A DNA stretch of 32,000 bases, from positions 1,350,001 through 1,382,000 of the forward strand of contig NC_013202.1 in assembly GCF_000023965.1 (NCBI RefSeq), written 5' to 3'. The notes under the pieces are model-generated. The model saw nothing but the letters and a program-made list of their open reading frames with translations, did no database searches and was not told the DNA's origin. Origin of the DNA: Halomicrobium mukohataei DSM 12286. GTDB taxonomy: Archaea; Halobacteriota; Halobacteria; Halobacteriales; Haloarculaceae. Shown here one piece after another: positions 1 to 9,762 of this stretch. The first letter of the stretch is position 1; each line of letters opens with the position of its first letter. Made by a program: the position numbers and the translations under genes.

Positions 1-84
1 ATGCCCCACCCCGAGCGCGTCTCGCTGCCCGACATCGGTGCCGTCGAGGGCCAAGGCGTCCTTCGCGGATTCGCGGAGGCGTAG
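1..84 (+). CDS. 3' end of an unidentified CDS that starts upstream of the window (…PHPERVSLPDIGAVEGQGVLRGFAEA*)
   Basis: Frame 1 is open from position 1 to the TAG at 82-84. Nearly every codon ends in G/C, as in the real genes here. No function can be assigned. Confidence 0.3.
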   Translation: MPHPERVSLPDIGAVEGQGVLRGFAEA

Positions 85-132
85 GCCGGCGAACCGCCGT
101 GGGGACGGTTGCTATCGAGCAGGCGACCGCGC

Positions 133-870
133 TCAGAACGTCCCTTCTGCGGGTGCGCTGGGGTCTCCGGAACTCACGTCGGTGCCGCGATCGAGGGGCG
201 GTTCGCCGTACTCCTCTTCGTACGCGTCGGCAAAGCCGCTGCCCCAGACGTAGAAGATCGCCGACTGGAAGACGAACTGCACCCACGGGACCGCCAGCAA
301 GCCGATGATCGTGAAGCCGAGGGCACTCCCGACGGCCGAGGCGATGATGTTGACGGCAAAGGCGAGCAACACGGCAACCAGCATCGTCCGGTTGGTCACG
401 AGCGTCCTGAGGACGTCGAGATCGAAGGCCGCTGAGACGCTGTCCTTACGGACGAAGTTCGCCGTCGCGACCGGCACGGCGACGGCAACTGCAATCAGGC
501 CCAGGAAGTAGCACAGCACGGCGATCAACACTGCGAGGAAGAACAGTCCCTCGTTTCCGGAGGCCACACCCAGGACGGCGACGATCGCAGCGGGAATCAT
601 CGCGACGAGCAGCGCACCGATCGTGTACGGGAGCACGACGAGGAGGTATCGGAGGCCGTCGACCGTCGCCTCGACCAGATCGAGTTCGTCCCACTCGGGA
701 GGCGTCGCCGTGTCGCCGCCGAGTACTCGGCGCATGACTTCGAGCATGTACCCCTGGAAGGTAAACAGCGGTACGACGAAGATACCGAGAATCACGACCA
801 GCCCACCGATCCCGACACGCTTGAGCCAATCGTCTCCCTGCAACTGATACTTGATCGAATCTTCCAACAT
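133..870 (-). CDS. Polytopic membrane protein, DUF4013-like
   Basis: 245-aa ORF with an ATG at 868-870. The N-terminus (MLEDSIKYQLQGDDWLKRVGIGGLVVILG…FQGYMLEVMRRVL) and several hydrophobic segments resemble my memory of haloarchaeal DUF4013 proteins. The tail is acidic. Confidence 0.75.
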   Translation of the reverse strand: MLEDSIKYQLQGDDWLKRVGIGGLVVILGIFVVPLFTFQGYMLEVMRRVLGGDTATPPEWDELDLVEATVDGLRYLLVVLPYTIGALLVAMIPAAIVAVLGVASGNEGLFFLAVLIAVLCYFLGLIAVAVAVPVATANFVRKDSVSAAFDLDVLRTLVTNRTMLVAVLLAFAVNIIASAVGSALGFTIIGLLAVPWVQFVFQSAIFYVWGSGFADAYEEEYGEPPLDRGTDVSSGDPSAPAEGTF

Positions 871-896
871 AGATGATTGGGGGTCCTATGGAGGCG

Positions 897-906
897 GTAT
901 ATAAGT
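897..906 (-). promoter_or_regulatory. TATA-like box for the DUF4013-like gene, probably a leaderless mRNA
   Basis: The minus strand reads CTTATATACC, centred about 30 nt upstream of the ATG at 870. It sits in an otherwise GC-rich context. Confidence 0.4.
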
Positions 907-921
907 TGTGCATGTACGCAC

Positions 922-1241
922 GGTAGTGTTCAGATAAGCCGCTGCATCTTCTGAGTTGTAGACACCGAAAGCCCTCGGCACGCTCCGGGGTTCTGTGGCG
1001 GATATCCTCACTGCGTTCGGATAGTGCCGCCGCAGAACCGCCCACCGCGCCTCGCCCTTTCATCCCCCAGGATTCGGCTGTTTACCGGTCTAAACCCTGG
1101 CGGATGAAAGGGCGAGTGCAGTTGCGGGAACCCCGACGACGCAAGCACGCGAAGCGCGCGCAGCGAGTCGCGGGACCGCAACTGCACGAGGGCTTTCGGT
1201 GCTTCAGACTGCCTGCACCGATCTCTTATCTGAACACCGCC
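922..1241. mobile_element. MITE-like non-autonomous element, about 320 bp, highly self-complementary
   Basis: Terminal inverted repeats are GGTAGTGTTCAGATAAG (922-938) and CTTATCTGAACACCGCC (1225-1241), matching 15/17 with 13 perfect. Identical 8-bp direct repeats GTACGCAC flank it at 914-921 and 1242-1249. The interior forms a closing helix (963-977 with 1187-1201) and three long hairpins (989-1039, 1049-1116, 1117-1186). There is no credible ORF. Confidence 0.6.
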
Positions 1242-1380
1242 GTACGCACCCGAACGCTCGCTCCTCACGAGCCGATCGCCACACTCTCGGCTGGACGCGT
1301 ATCGTCTCGGAGGATGGGAACGAGGGGCCATGGAGCGTGTGACAAGATCCTGACCCCTAACCGTCGATACGAGATCCAGG

Positions 1381-1389
1381 AATAAAAAG
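1381..1389 (-). terminator. Possible oligo-T archaeal terminator downstream of raSEA
   Basis: The minus strand reads CTTTTTATT about 110 nt after the raSEA stop. It is the only T-run in this GC-rich spacer. Confidence 0.25.
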
Positions 1390-1500
1390 ACGGGGTTACC
1401 GGAGTGAAAGTGAAAACGGGTGTAAGGAGATATCTACTGGGACTCTCTACAGCCCAGCGAGCCAGCGACTCTCACAGTTTCTGGCAGGGACCGGGTACGG

Positions 1501-2577
1501 CTATCGGGCCAGGGGGAGCGAGTAACTCGCTTCGCGCTCGACGACGGCGTCCCAGGTCGCCTCGCAGTCACAGGTGACTTGCTCGAAGACGCTCGGGTCC
1601 TGGCGGAGGTCGAAGTCTTTGATGGCGCGCTGGGCGCGGTCGTCGCACTCTCCGCAGTTGTGCGGGCCGCGGTCGCTCCCGTGGCCGACGGGGTCCGAGA
1701 CGACGATCACGTCCTCGTCGGCGGTCGACTCCAGCACCTCGCACACCGACCAGAGCCACGGCGGCCGGTATCCTTGGTCGTGAAACAGCTCTTCGACCAT
1801 CGTGTAGCGCTGGACGTTACAGGGGTTCATCGAGACGGTGTGACACCCCTCGACGTCGGCGCACTTGCGCACGGAGCGCTGCATGTCTTCGATCGCCTCC
1901 GACTCCGTGAGGAAGGGCGGTTTCATCAGGAGATACGCCTTGACGCCGCCACCGGCGGCCTGTGCCTGTGCGGCCGCGTCCTCGAAATCCGAAAAGTCGA
2001 AGTACTTGTTCACGCAGTCCCGGCGGACGCGGTCTGTCGCCGTTTCGAGGCCGACCGCGATGTCGGTCTCCAGTCCTGCGTCGACGAACTCGGCGACCTT
2101 CTCGCGGTCGACGAAGTCGGGCAGGGACTCGACGACGATTCGGTCGCGGTCGGCGAACGTCTCGGCGATCGCTCGGCGCGTCTCGGCTCCGACCTCCCGC
2201 TCGTCGAGAAATGAGCCGGAGGTGTAGATCTTGATCAGCCCGGCCTTCTCGTCGGCCTCTTCGTCCTCGTGATCGAGACAGTACTGGATCTGGGCCATCA
2301 GGTCCTCGTGGGCGACGCTGCCGCCGTCGACGCTCTCGGCGACGTAGCCACACATCGTACAGCCGCCGGCGCGGGCCCACCGGCAGCCGCCGGTGTTGAG
2401 GATGATCGTCAGGCTCTGGTAGACGCCGTCGGGCGTGTTGTCCTCGTCGAGCCAGACGCGGGTCGGTTCGCGGGGGTCGTAGGACGCGTCGTTGCGCGAG
2501 CGGACCTCGCGCATCACCTTGTTGTGGGCGTCCATGCCCTTCCCCTGTTCGTAGACTTCGGGCGTGGGCGTGCTCAT
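1501..2577 (-). CDS. raSEA: Archaeosine biosynthesis radical-SAM protein RaSEA (TIGR01210-type)
   Basis: 358-aa acidic ORF. It has the atypical radical-SAM cluster motif NTGGCRWARAGGCTMCGY and lies in the same neighbourhood as arcS and tgtA. Confidence 0.8.
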   Translation of the reverse strand: MSTPTPEVYEQGKGMDAHNKVMREVRSRNDASYDPREPTRVWLDEDNTPDGVYQSLTIILNTGGCRWARAGGCTMCGYVAESVDGGSVAHEDLMAQIQYCLDHEDEEADEKAGLIKIYTSGSFLDEREVGAETRRAIAETFADRDRIVVESLPDFVDREKVAEFVDAGLETDIAVGLETATDRVRRDCVNKYFDFSDFEDAAAQAQAAGGGVKAYLLMKPPFLTESEAIEDMQRSVRKCADVEGCHTVSMNPCNVQRYTMVEELFHDQGYRPPWLWSVCEVLESTADEDVIVVSDPVGHGSDRGPHNCGECDDRAQRAIKDFDLRQDPSVFEQVTCDCEATWDAVVEREASYSLPLAR

Positions 2578-2614
2578 TGTCGGGCAAAACGGGGCTGTGC
2601 GTAAAGCGGCTTCG

Positions 2615-3055
2615 CTACGGGTCGCCGTCTGACGGGAATCCAGTCGCCTCGGCCGTGATCCGTTCGAAGCGCAGTCGGGCCGCGACGACGCCCCAGCTCG
2701 CGGCGATCACGGACGCACCGACGGCGTTTGCGAGCAGGTCGAGACGACTGAACTGCCGGTACGCCAGTGGCAACTGGACGAGTTCGACCACGAAGCCAAA
2801 GGCCACCGCGAGGACGAACACTGCAACACCGGCCCTCCGTGGCTCCCACTCTGCCAGCGCGTAGGCAAGCACCGTCGCGAGGCCGCCGTATGCCAGGACA
2901 TGGAGGTACTTGTCGATCCCGAACACGCCGAGGGGACCCGTTATCCGGCTGGCTGAGCCTGGACGAAGCACCGAGACGATCAGGATCACGGCTGCGACGC
3001 ACCCGACGATCAGCCAGCGCACCCAGTTGGGGACGAGTGGGAGGCGACGTGACAC
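2615..3055 (-). CDS. VanZ-like small membrane protein
   Basis: 146 aa with a GTG start and about 4 TM segments. The GIDKYLHVLAYGGL motif matches the DKxxH signature of the VanZ family. It sits 43 nt downstream of aglM on the same strand. Confidence 0.65.
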   Translation of the reverse strand: MSRRLPLVPNWVRWLIVGCVAAVILIVSVLRPGSASRITGPLGVFGIDKYLHVLAYGGLATVLAYALAEWEPRRAGVAVFVLAVAFGFVVELVQLPLAYRQFSRLDLLANAVGASVIAASWGVVAARLRFERITAEATGFPSDGDP

Positions 3056-3098
3056 ACCGACGACTGGCCGGCGACGCGCAAAAGGTCTTGCTGTGCTC

Positions 3099-4394
3099 TC
3101 ACCACGTCAGTCCTTCGTAGGTGATGCCGTCGCGGCGCTCGACGACGTGGCGGCCGTCGACGACGACCGGTGTCGCCATCTCGTCGAACTCGTCGTCGAG
3201 CGCGGCGAACTCGTCCCAGTCCGTGACGACCACGGCACCGTGAGCGCCCGTCAGAGCGTCCGCCGCGGAATCGGCGGCGACGAAATCGACATCGGGCGCG
3301 TACTCGCGGAAGCTCTCGACGGCGACGGGATCGTAGGCGACCACGTCGGCACCTCGCTCGTGGAGTCCCTCGATGACCGGGATCGCACGCGTCCCGCGAA
3401 CGTCGTCCGTGCCGGGTTTGAAGGACAGTCCCAGCACGGCTACCTGTTTGCCCGCCACGTCGACGTGGTCGTCGAGCAGGGAGAGCAAGCGTTCTGGCTG
3501 GCGGTCGTTGACGTTGACGCCGGCCTTCAGCAACTCGGGGTCGTAGTCGGCGTCCTCGGCGGCGGCGATGAGCGCGGCCACGTCTTTCGGAAAGCAGCTT
3601 CCTCCCCATCCCAGTCCCGACCGGAGGAATCGCTCGCCGATGCGGTCGTCGAGTCCGATCGCGTCGGCGACCTCGTAGGCGTCGACGCCGTACTCCTTGC
3701 AGATGTTCCCGAGTTCGTTGATGAGGCTCACCTTCGTCGCGAGGAAGGAGTTGTTGGCGTACTTGATCATCTCGGCCTCACGGAGGCCGGTGCGGACGAC
3801 CGGGGCTCCGGTCTCCTCGACCAGTGGCTCGTAGAGCCGATCGAGCGTCTCGTAGGCCCGCTCGTCGGTCGCGCCGAAGACGATCTTGTCCGGGTCCATG
3901 AAGTCCGCGACGGCGGTCCCCATCCGGAGGAACTCGGGGTTCATCGCGATCCGGAAGTCTTCGCCGACCGCGAGGTCGCCGGCTTCCTCGATGGCCGGTG
4001 TGACGACCGCTTCGGTGCTGCCCGGGATCACCGTGCTCTTGACGATCACGAGGTGGTCGCCGTCGGACGGCAGCACCTCGCCCAGCGAGCGCGCGCCCGC
4101 CTCCATGATCGAGAGGTCGTTGCTCCCGTCGTCGTTGGCGGGCGTCGGCAGCGCCAGGAACGTCGCGTCGGTCTCGCGGACGGCCGCGTAGTCGGTCGTC
4201 GCCCGCAGGCGGTCGCCCGCGTGGCGCTCGATGCGCTCTGCAAGACCGGGTTCGTGGATCGGCGCGTCGCCGTCGTTGATCGCGGCGACGGTCGATTCGT
4301 CGATGTCGACGTTGACCACGTCGTGTCCGAGGTCGGCCAGGCAGGCCGCGAGCGTCGTCCCAACGTACCCGCTGCCGACGATGCTGACGTTCAT
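3099..4394 (-). CDS. aglM: UDP-glucose 6-dehydrogenase (AglM-type nucleotide-sugar dehydrogenase)
   Basis: The start is taken at the internal ATG at 4392-4394, giving [26 protein letters not shown] (Rossmann GxGxxG). The [11 protein letters not shown] catalytic-Cys motif is present. The 62 upstream codons of the long ORF are Arg/Ser/Pro-rich and overlap the divergent promoter. Confidence 0.9.
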   Translation of the reverse strand: MNVSIVGSGYVGTTLAACLADLGHDVVNVDIDESTVAAINDGDAPIHEPGLAERIERHAGDRLRATTDYAAVRETDATFLALPTPANDDGSNDLSIMEAGARSLGEVLPSDGDHLVIVKSTVIPGSTEAVVTPAIEEAGDLAVGEDFRIAMNPEFLRMGTAVADFMDPDKIVFGATDERAYETLDRLYEPLVEETGAPVVRTGLREAEMIKYANNSFLATKVSLINELGNICKEYGVDAYEVADAIGLDDRIGERFLRSGLGWGGSCFPKDVAALIAAAEDADYDPELLKAGVNVNDRQPERLLSLLDDHVDVAGKQVAVLGLSFKPGTDDVRGTRAIPVIEGLHERGADVVAYDPVAVESFREYAPDVDFVAADSAADALTGAHGAVVVTDWDEFAALDDEFDEMATPVVVDGRHVVERRDGITYEGLTW

Positions 4395-4476
4395 TGGCCG
4401 CCAGTTGTCCGGGACTGGACTTGAGGATTCTGTTCGACCGATAGCCTTTAGCTGACTGACTGGTGAATGGGAACGT

Positions 4477-5238
4477 ATGAAAGCTGTCGTCCTCGCCGCC
4501 GGGGAAGGCACCCGGCTCCGCCCGCTGACCGAAGACAAGCCCAAAGGAATGGTCGAAGTCGCCGGCAAGCCGATTCTCACTCACTGCTTCGAGCAACTGA
4601 TCGAGCTCGGTGCCGACGAACTGCTCGTCGTCGTCGGCTACAAGAAACAGGTCATCATCAACCACTTCGAGGACGAGTTCGAGGGCGTCCCGATCACGTA
4701 CGCCCACCAGCGCGACCAGAAGGGGCTGGCCCACGCCCTGCTGACCGTCGAGGAGCACATCGACGACGACTTCATGCTGATGCTCGGCGACAACATCTTC
4801 CAGGCGAACCTCCGGGACGTGATCAACCGCCAGCGAGAGGAGCGGGCAGACGCCGCCTTCCTCGTCGAGGAAGTGCCGTGGGAGGAGGCCTCTCGCTACG
4901 GGGTCTGTGACACCAACAAGTACGGCGAGATCGAGGAGGTCGTCGAGAAGCCCGACGATCCGCCGTCGAACCTCGTGATGACCGGGTTCTACACGTTCAC
5001 ACCGGCGATCTTCCACGCGTGTCACCTCGTCCAGCCCTCCAACCGCGACGAGTACGAGATCAGCGACGCGATCGACCTCCTGTTGCACTCCGGGCGGACC
5101 ATCGACGCCATCCGGATGGACGGCTGGCGCACCGACATCGGCTATCCGGAGGACAGAGACGCCGCCGAGAAACGACTCACGGGCGGTGCCGAAGTCGACG
5201 ACGATGAGGCCGTGCAGGCAGTCGACGGCGCGGAGTAG
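4477..5238 (+). CDS. aglF: Sugar-1-phosphate nucleotidyltransferase (glucose-1-phosphate uridylyl/thymidylyltransferase, AglF-like)
   Basis: [26 protein letters not shown] is the canonical GxGTRLxPLT NTP-transferase motif. The protein is 253 aa and the gene is divergent from aglM. Confidence 0.8.
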   Translation: MKAVVLAAGEGTRLRPLTEDKPKGMVEVAGKPILTHCFEQLIELGADELLVVVGYKKQVIINHFEDEFEGVPITYAHQRDQKGLAHALLTVEEHIDDDFMLMLGDNIFQANLRDVINRQREERADAAFLVEEVPWEEASRYGVCDTNKYGEIEEVVEKPDDPPSNLVMTGFYTFTPAIFHACHLVQPSNRDEYEISDAIDLLLHSGRTIDAIRMDGWRTDIGYPEDRDAAEKRLTGGAEVDDDEAVQAVDGAE

Positions 5239-5279
5239 TCCCGACGGATTTTTACTGACAGCCCGTCCCGACTCTGACA

Positions 5280-6266
5280 ATGAAGATTCTCGTCACCGGC
5301 GGTGCGGGATTCATCGGCGGTCACATCGCCGAGCGGTTCGTCGTCGACGGGCACGATGTGGTCGCGCTGGACAACCTCGATCCGTTCTACGACGTGGACA
5401 TCAAACGGCACACGATCGAGCGGTGTCGCGAGCACGCGTCGTCGGGCGACGGTCGCTACGAACTGGTCGAGGGCGACGTGCGCGACGCCGACCTCGTCTC
5501 GGAGCTGGTCGCTGACGCCGACTACGTCTACCACCAGGCAGCACAGGCCGGTGTCCGTCAGAGCGTCGAGAACCCGCGCAAGTACGACGAGGTCAACGTC
5601 GACGGGACGCTGAACTTACTGGACGCCGCCCGCGAGACCGGTATCGAGCGGTTCGTGATGGCGTCCTCGTCGTCGGTGTACGGCAAACCGCGGTACCTGC
5701 CCTACGACGAGGAGCATCCGACGACGCCGGTCAGTCCCTACGGGGCGTCCAAGCTCGCGGCCGAGCGGTACGTCTGTGCCTACAGCGAGGTGTACGACCT
5801 GTCGGCGGTCGCGCTGCGCTATTTCACCGTCTACGGGCCGCGGATGCGCCCGAACATGGCGATCTCGAACTTCGTTTCGCGCTGTCTCGACGGCCGATCC
5901 CCCGTCGTCTACGGCGACGGGAGCCAGACGAGAGACTTCACCTTCGTCGAGGACGTGGTCGAGGCGAACGTCGCACTGCTGGACACCGACGCGGCCGACG
6001 GCGAGGCGATCAACGTCGGCTCGACGGACAACATCGAGATCGAGACGCTGGCCGAGGAGATCCGCGACCAGCTCGCGCCCGATCTCGATCTGGTCTACGA
6101 GGACCGCCACGACGCCGACGCCGAGCACACCCACGCCAGCACCGAGCGGGCCGCGGAGCTGCTGGGCTACGAGCCCGAGTACACGATCCGTGAGGGCGTC
6201 TCTGCCTTCATCGACTGGTACCGCGAGAACCGCGAGTGGTACGAGCCGCTGGTCCGCAACTCCTGA
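5280..6266 (+). CDS. NAD-dependent nucleotide-sugar epimerase/dehydratase (extended SDR; UDP-glucose or UDP-glucuronate 4-epimerase-like)
   Basis: MKILVTGGAGFIGGHI (TGxxGxxG) and the YGASKLAAE catalytic YxxxK motif. 328 aa. Confidence 0.88.
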   Translation: MKILVTGGAGFIGGHIAERFVVDGHDVVALDNLDPFYDVDIKRHTIERCREHASSGDGRYELVEGDVRDADLVSELVADADYVYHQAAQAGVRQSVENPRKYDEVNVDGTLNLLDAARETGIERFVMASSSSVYGKPRYLPYDEEHPTTPVSPYGASKLAAERYVCAYSEVYDLSAVALRYFTVYGPRMRPNMAISNFVSRCLDGRSPVVYGDGSQTRDFTFVEDVVEANVALLDTDAADGEAINVGSTDNIEIETLAEEIRDQLAPDLDLVYEDRHDADAEHTHASTERAAELLGYEPEYTIREGVSAFIDWYRENREWYEPLVRNS

Positions 6267-6280
6267 CGGTCACGGCACTG

Positions 6281-8053
6281 CTACTGTTCTTCGACGTGGC
6301 GCACCTGGCAGGCGATCCCGCGGGTGGCCTCGTCCATCGCCGGGCCGGGCATCGTCGCGCGACCGACGCCGAAGGCCGACGGCCCCTCGATCACGACCTC
6401 GTCGCCGACGCGGATCTCGTCGGCCGCGTCCACGACGCCCGGCGCGAGCACGGAGCCGTGTGGCACGAAGTCGTCGATCGCGACGCGCTTTACCGACACG
6501 TCCGAGTCGACCCACCGTCGGGCTCCCGCGATCGTGAGCCCGAGGACGCCGTACTGCTGGGTCAGCGCCGCCAGCTGTTCGCCCTGGCCGCCGTCGGTCC
6601 GTTCGCCGTGGGCCCGTAGCTGGGGGTACGTCCCCTCCGCGGTGAGCGTGTCGCCGAAGATCTCGTCGCCCGCACCGGCCCCGAACTGGTAGTCCGCCAC
6701 TGCCCGAAGCGTGTTGTGCTGGCGCTCGCGCTTGCGGTACTTCGGGTACCCCTCCAGCGCCCCGGCGAGGTTCGCCAGCGAGTCCGCCGTCGTCGGGTGG
6801 TCTTCGACGGTGTAGGTGAAAGACTGGTCGAGGCGCTCCTCGACGCGCTCGCAGATCTCGCGGTACCCCTCGCCGGGGACGTGGACGATCACTTCGGGGT
6901 AGTCGGTGCCGTCGAGGTAGCCTTCGAGCACGTCGGCCACGAACTCGATCTCGTTGGCGCTCCACCGCCCGGTCACGACGGAGTCGTAGTGCTGGGCCGG
7001 ATAGGTGAGCTCCAGTTCCTGTGGGACGACGCCGATCGGCGACGTCATCGACGCCATGTGGCCACGGAACTGGATCGCCCGGTGGTACTGCTCGTGGCTC
7101 TGTGAGTCGCTGTAGGGCTTGCGCGCCGAGCAGGGGACGATGACGAGGGGCTGCTCGTCGAAGCGGGGCCGGTACCGCTCGGTGACCCGCTGTGCGAACC
7201 GCTGGATCTCGACCCGGCGCATCGTGTCTTCGGTCGCGGCGGTGATCTCCTCGCGTCGGTAGATCGGCGTGTGTCGTTCGAGGTAGGCGTACTGCTGGTC
7301 GAGCCGCCGCACCGTCGCCGTCAGCCACTGGTCCTGGCGGGCCTGGCCCTCGACGTAGTCACGCAGCCGGCCGTCTCGAATCCGTCGGCGGACCCGGGCC
7401 AGCTCCGCTTCCAGCGCGTTGACGTTGTGGTCGACACAGTCCTGTCGGTCGAACTCCTCGCGGGGCTTGCGGCAGGCCGGACACGAGCAGGGCAGTTCGT
7501 CGAGGTCTTCCAGGAAGTAGGCGTCGTCGGTCGTCAGGTATCGCCCCTGTGTCCCCCGGACGACGGCCCGGTCCCGATCGACGAGGTCGACGCCAGCGTA
7601 GACCAGCGTGGCGACGTTGCGCGGCGTCGCGACGCCCGACAGCATCAGAGCGGTGTCGTCCGGCATCGCTTCGCGTGTCTCGATAACGGCCTCGACGAAC
7701 GCTTCGGCGTGGCCGACGAGCCCGGCGGCCTCCGAGAGGACGTACGCGTCCGCGCCGTGGTCCTCGGCCGTCGCCGTCGAGACGACGGCGGCGCTCGGAT
7801 AGTCCACGTCCGGATAGTCGACGGCGAACGCCTCGGCGACCTCCTCGGGCGTGCCGCCGGGGAGGCCGCGGTGCGGGAGGACGGTGAGGACGCTCTCGTC
7901 GCCCGCTGGCACGTCTCGCTCCGTCGGCCAGAGGCTTCCGGCGTCCGCGAGGTGGTCGTCCACGACCGCGGGCGTCGTGACCGGATCGGCCAGCCGCAAC
8001 TCGGCCAGCCGCGCCGCGCCGTCGCGCTCGTGAACCTCGAAGTAGTCGGTCAT
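6281..8053 (-). CDS. arcS: Archaeosine synthase alpha subunit ArcS (TgtA2) with a C-terminal PUA-like domain
   Basis: The start is taken at the ATG at 8051-8053 (MTDYFEVHERDGAARLAELRL…), paralogous to the TGT N-terminus. It has the CSCPAC zinc motif and a C-terminal segment (…VKRVAIDDFVPHGSVLAPGVVDAADEIRVGDEVVI) typical of PUA. It lies immediately downstream of tgtA. Confidence 0.85.
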   Translation of the reverse strand: MTDYFEVHERDGAARLAELRLADPVTTPAVVDDHLADAGSLWPTERDVPAGDESVLTVLPHRGLPGGTPEEVAEAFAVDYPDVDYPSAAVVSTATAEDHGADAYVLSEAAGLVGHAEAFVEAVIETREAMPDDTALMLSGVATPRNVATLVYAGVDLVDRDRAVVRGTQGRYLTTDDAYFLEDLDELPCSCPACRKPREEFDRQDCVDHNVNALEAELARVRRRIRDGRLRDYVEGQARQDQWLTATVRRLDQQYAYLERHTPIYRREEITAATEDTMRRVEIQRFAQRVTERYRPRFDEQPLVIVPCSARKPYSDSQSHEQYHRAIQFRGHMASMTSPIGVVPQELELTYPAQHYDSVVTGRWSANEIEFVADVLEGYLDGTDYPEVIVHVPGEGYREICERVEERLDQSFTYTVEDHPTTADSLANLAGALEGYPKYRKRERQHNTLRAVADYQFGAGAGDEIFGDTLTAEGTYPQLRAHGERTDGGQGEQLAALTQQYGVLGLTIAGARRWVDSDVSVKRVAIDDFVPHGSVLAPGVVDAADEIRVGDEVVIEGPSAFGVGRATMPGPAMDEATRGIACQVRHVEEQ

Positions 8054-8145
8054 GGCCCTGTATCGGCTACGGGGACCCAACTATCTTGCGAGTCTCATCG
8101 GCCGTCGAGTCGCCACACGACGGGACTGCAGACACGGCATACCGG

Positions 8146-9615
8146 TTAGTCCTCGCCGAGGTGGCGAACCGTCACCGAGTCGGGCACGCGAGCCAGCGCG
8201 CTCTCCGGCCACTCGAACTGCGCGAGCGTGACCGTCGCGTCGGGGTTGCACTCTGCCAGGCGGGCGACGCCGTCGGCGGCGGTCTCGTAGGCCTGTGGGG
8301 AGAGTCGCTCGGGGACTTCGGCGGTGAAGGGATAGGCGTCGCTCATCTCTCTGGGATAGGGGCCAAACGGGGGCGTCACCTGCCAGCTCTCGTCGTACTC
8401 TTCGTCGCGCTCGCCCTCGGTGAGCAGGATCGAGCCCGACAGGTCGAAGCGGTCGAGCCGCTGGTGGTGGCGCACGACCTCGGGGCGGCGCGCGCTCTCC
8501 GTCGACGTGTGGAAGACGGTGTCCTTGGCGATCCGATCGGTCGTTTCCAGCTGCTCGGCGTGGTCCAGTAGCGTCCGGTAGCCGTCGAGCATCGTCGGAT
8601 GTGCACGGGCCCGCGAGTCGACCAGTTCCATGAGATCCCCGTCTCTGATCGCCTGCTTGATCGTCCGGATCTCGCCGTAGGTGACGTGGAGGTTGTGGCG
8701 GGCCAGCAGGTCCTCGCCGCGCTGGTCGTCCATCGCCCTGAGGTCGGCGGGCTCGTACTCGACACAGACGGGACACGAGCAGGGGAAGTAGTCCATGTCG
8801 TCGAGGTGCTCGGTGCCCCGAACGGTGAGATACCGGCCGTCGCGAGCGTACAGCGCGTACGCCGCCGAGTCGAACAGGTCACAGCCAAGCGCGACGGCCA
8901 TCGCGAACATCATGGGGTGGCCGGCCCCGAACAGGTGGACCGGTGCGTCCTCGCCGAGCCCGCGCTTGCAGGCCGCGACCACGTCCGCCAGGTCGTCGTA
9001 GCGGTACTCGTTCATCAGCGGCACGACCGCGCCGACCGGGAACACGTCGAGGTCGGTCCCGTGTGCGTGCTCGGCCGCCCGCTCGCGCAGGTCGGGATAG
9101 GTCGAGCCCTGGATCGGCGCGGTCGTGAGCATCTCGCCGGTGTCGACGCCGTCGGCGATCTCCAGGCGCTCCTGGGTCGTCGCCAGCTCCGATTCGGCCC
9201 GCTCGCGCGCCACGTCCGGCGGCGTCGGGATGTCGACGGGCGTCCCGATGTCGCTCCCGATCTCTCGCTGGAAGGCCAGGATCTCCTCGGTCGTCACGTC
9301 GATCTCGCCGTACTCGGCCAGCTGGAAGGAGCCGGAGTCGGTCATGATCGCGCCGGGGAAATCGAGCAGCTCGTGGAGGCCCTGCCGTTCGGCCGGCTCG
9401 CGGAGGTCGTCGCTCTGGTGGAGGATGTAGCTGTTCGTGATGAGGATCTCCGCGCCGAACTCAGACGCCAGCGTGGACGGCTCGATCGTCTGGACGTGGG
9501 GGTTGACGACGGGCAGGAGTGCGGGCGTCTCGACGGTGACGCCGGCCCGGGGCACCGTCAGCTCGCCCAGACGGCCGGCCGCGTCGTACCGGCCGACTTC
9601 GAAGTGGTCTCGCAT
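8146..9615 (-). CDS. tgtA: tRNA-guanine(15) transglycosylase (archaeosine TGT)
   Basis: [39 protein letters not shown]…, DSGSFQ, LFGAGHP and CSCPVC motifs of archaeal TGT. 489 aa. Confidence 0.9.
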   Translation of the reverse strand: MRDHFEVGRYDAAGRLGELTVPRAGVTVETPALLPVVNPHVQTIEPSTLASEFGAEILITNSYILHQSDDLREPAERQGLHELLDFPGAIMTDSGSFQLAEYGEIDVTTEEILAFQREIGSDIGTPVDIPTPPDVARERAESELATTQERLEIADGVDTGEMLTTAPIQGSTYPDLRERAAEHAHGTDLDVFPVGAVVPLMNEYRYDDLADVVAACKRGLGEDAPVHLFGAGHPMMFAMAVALGCDLFDSAAYALYARDGRYLTVRGTEHLDDMDYFPCSCPVCVEYEPADLRAMDDQRGEDLLARHNLHVTYGEIRTIKQAIRDGDLMELVDSRARAHPTMLDGYRTLLDHAEQLETTDRIAKDTVFHTSTESARRPEVVRHHQRLDRFDLSGSILLTEGERDEEYDESWQVTPPFGPYPREMSDAYPFTAEVPERLSPQAYETAADGVARLAECNPDATVTLAQFEWPESALARVPDSVTVRHLGED

Positions 9616-9657
9616 TACCCGCAGTGGGACGAGCGCGTGCCTAAGGGTTGCGTTCCG
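9530..9657. repeat. Direct repeat copy A: first 28 codons of tgtA plus 42 bp of its upstream region
   Basis: 128 bp match 12561-12688 (offset 3031) with a single mismatch at 9535/12566. Confidence 0.9.
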
Positions 9658-9762
9658 TGATAGTCAGTCAGCAGTCGCCGGTCCGCTGCTTGCCCGAGCC
9701 AGCGTGTCACCGAGCCGTCGGGCCGTCGGAACGTACAAAAATGCACCGCCGGTAGTGGGGCT

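Noticed and set aside
922-1241. The possibility that the structured 320-nt element is SRP (7S) RNA or RNase P RNA, given its size of about 310 nt and its paired ends.
   Set aside because: I could find no GGAAAGTCC-type RNase P core and no SRP helix-8 or Alu-domain motif on either strand. The topology, a closing helix plus three hairpins, does not match SRP. The near-perfect long stems, the terminal inverted repeats and the 8-bp flanking direct repeats fit a MITE better. This remains untested without a covariance-model search.
2910-5280. Very long ORFs antisense to or overlapping aglM/aglF: 2910..4424 (+), 504 aa; 3778..5280 (-), 500 aa.
   Set aside because: They are Arg/Pro/Gly/Asp-rich and low-complexity with no recognisable motif, and they lie opposite genes with clear family signatures. 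These are the typical shadow ORFs of a high-GC genome.
6270-9660. ORFs 6270..7328 (-), 7271..8149 (+), 8081..8776 (-) and 8599..9660 (+), overlapping arcS and tgtA.
   Set aside because: These are off-frame or antisense shadows of two genes with unmistakable TGT-family motifs, and their sequences are Arg-rich and low-complexity.
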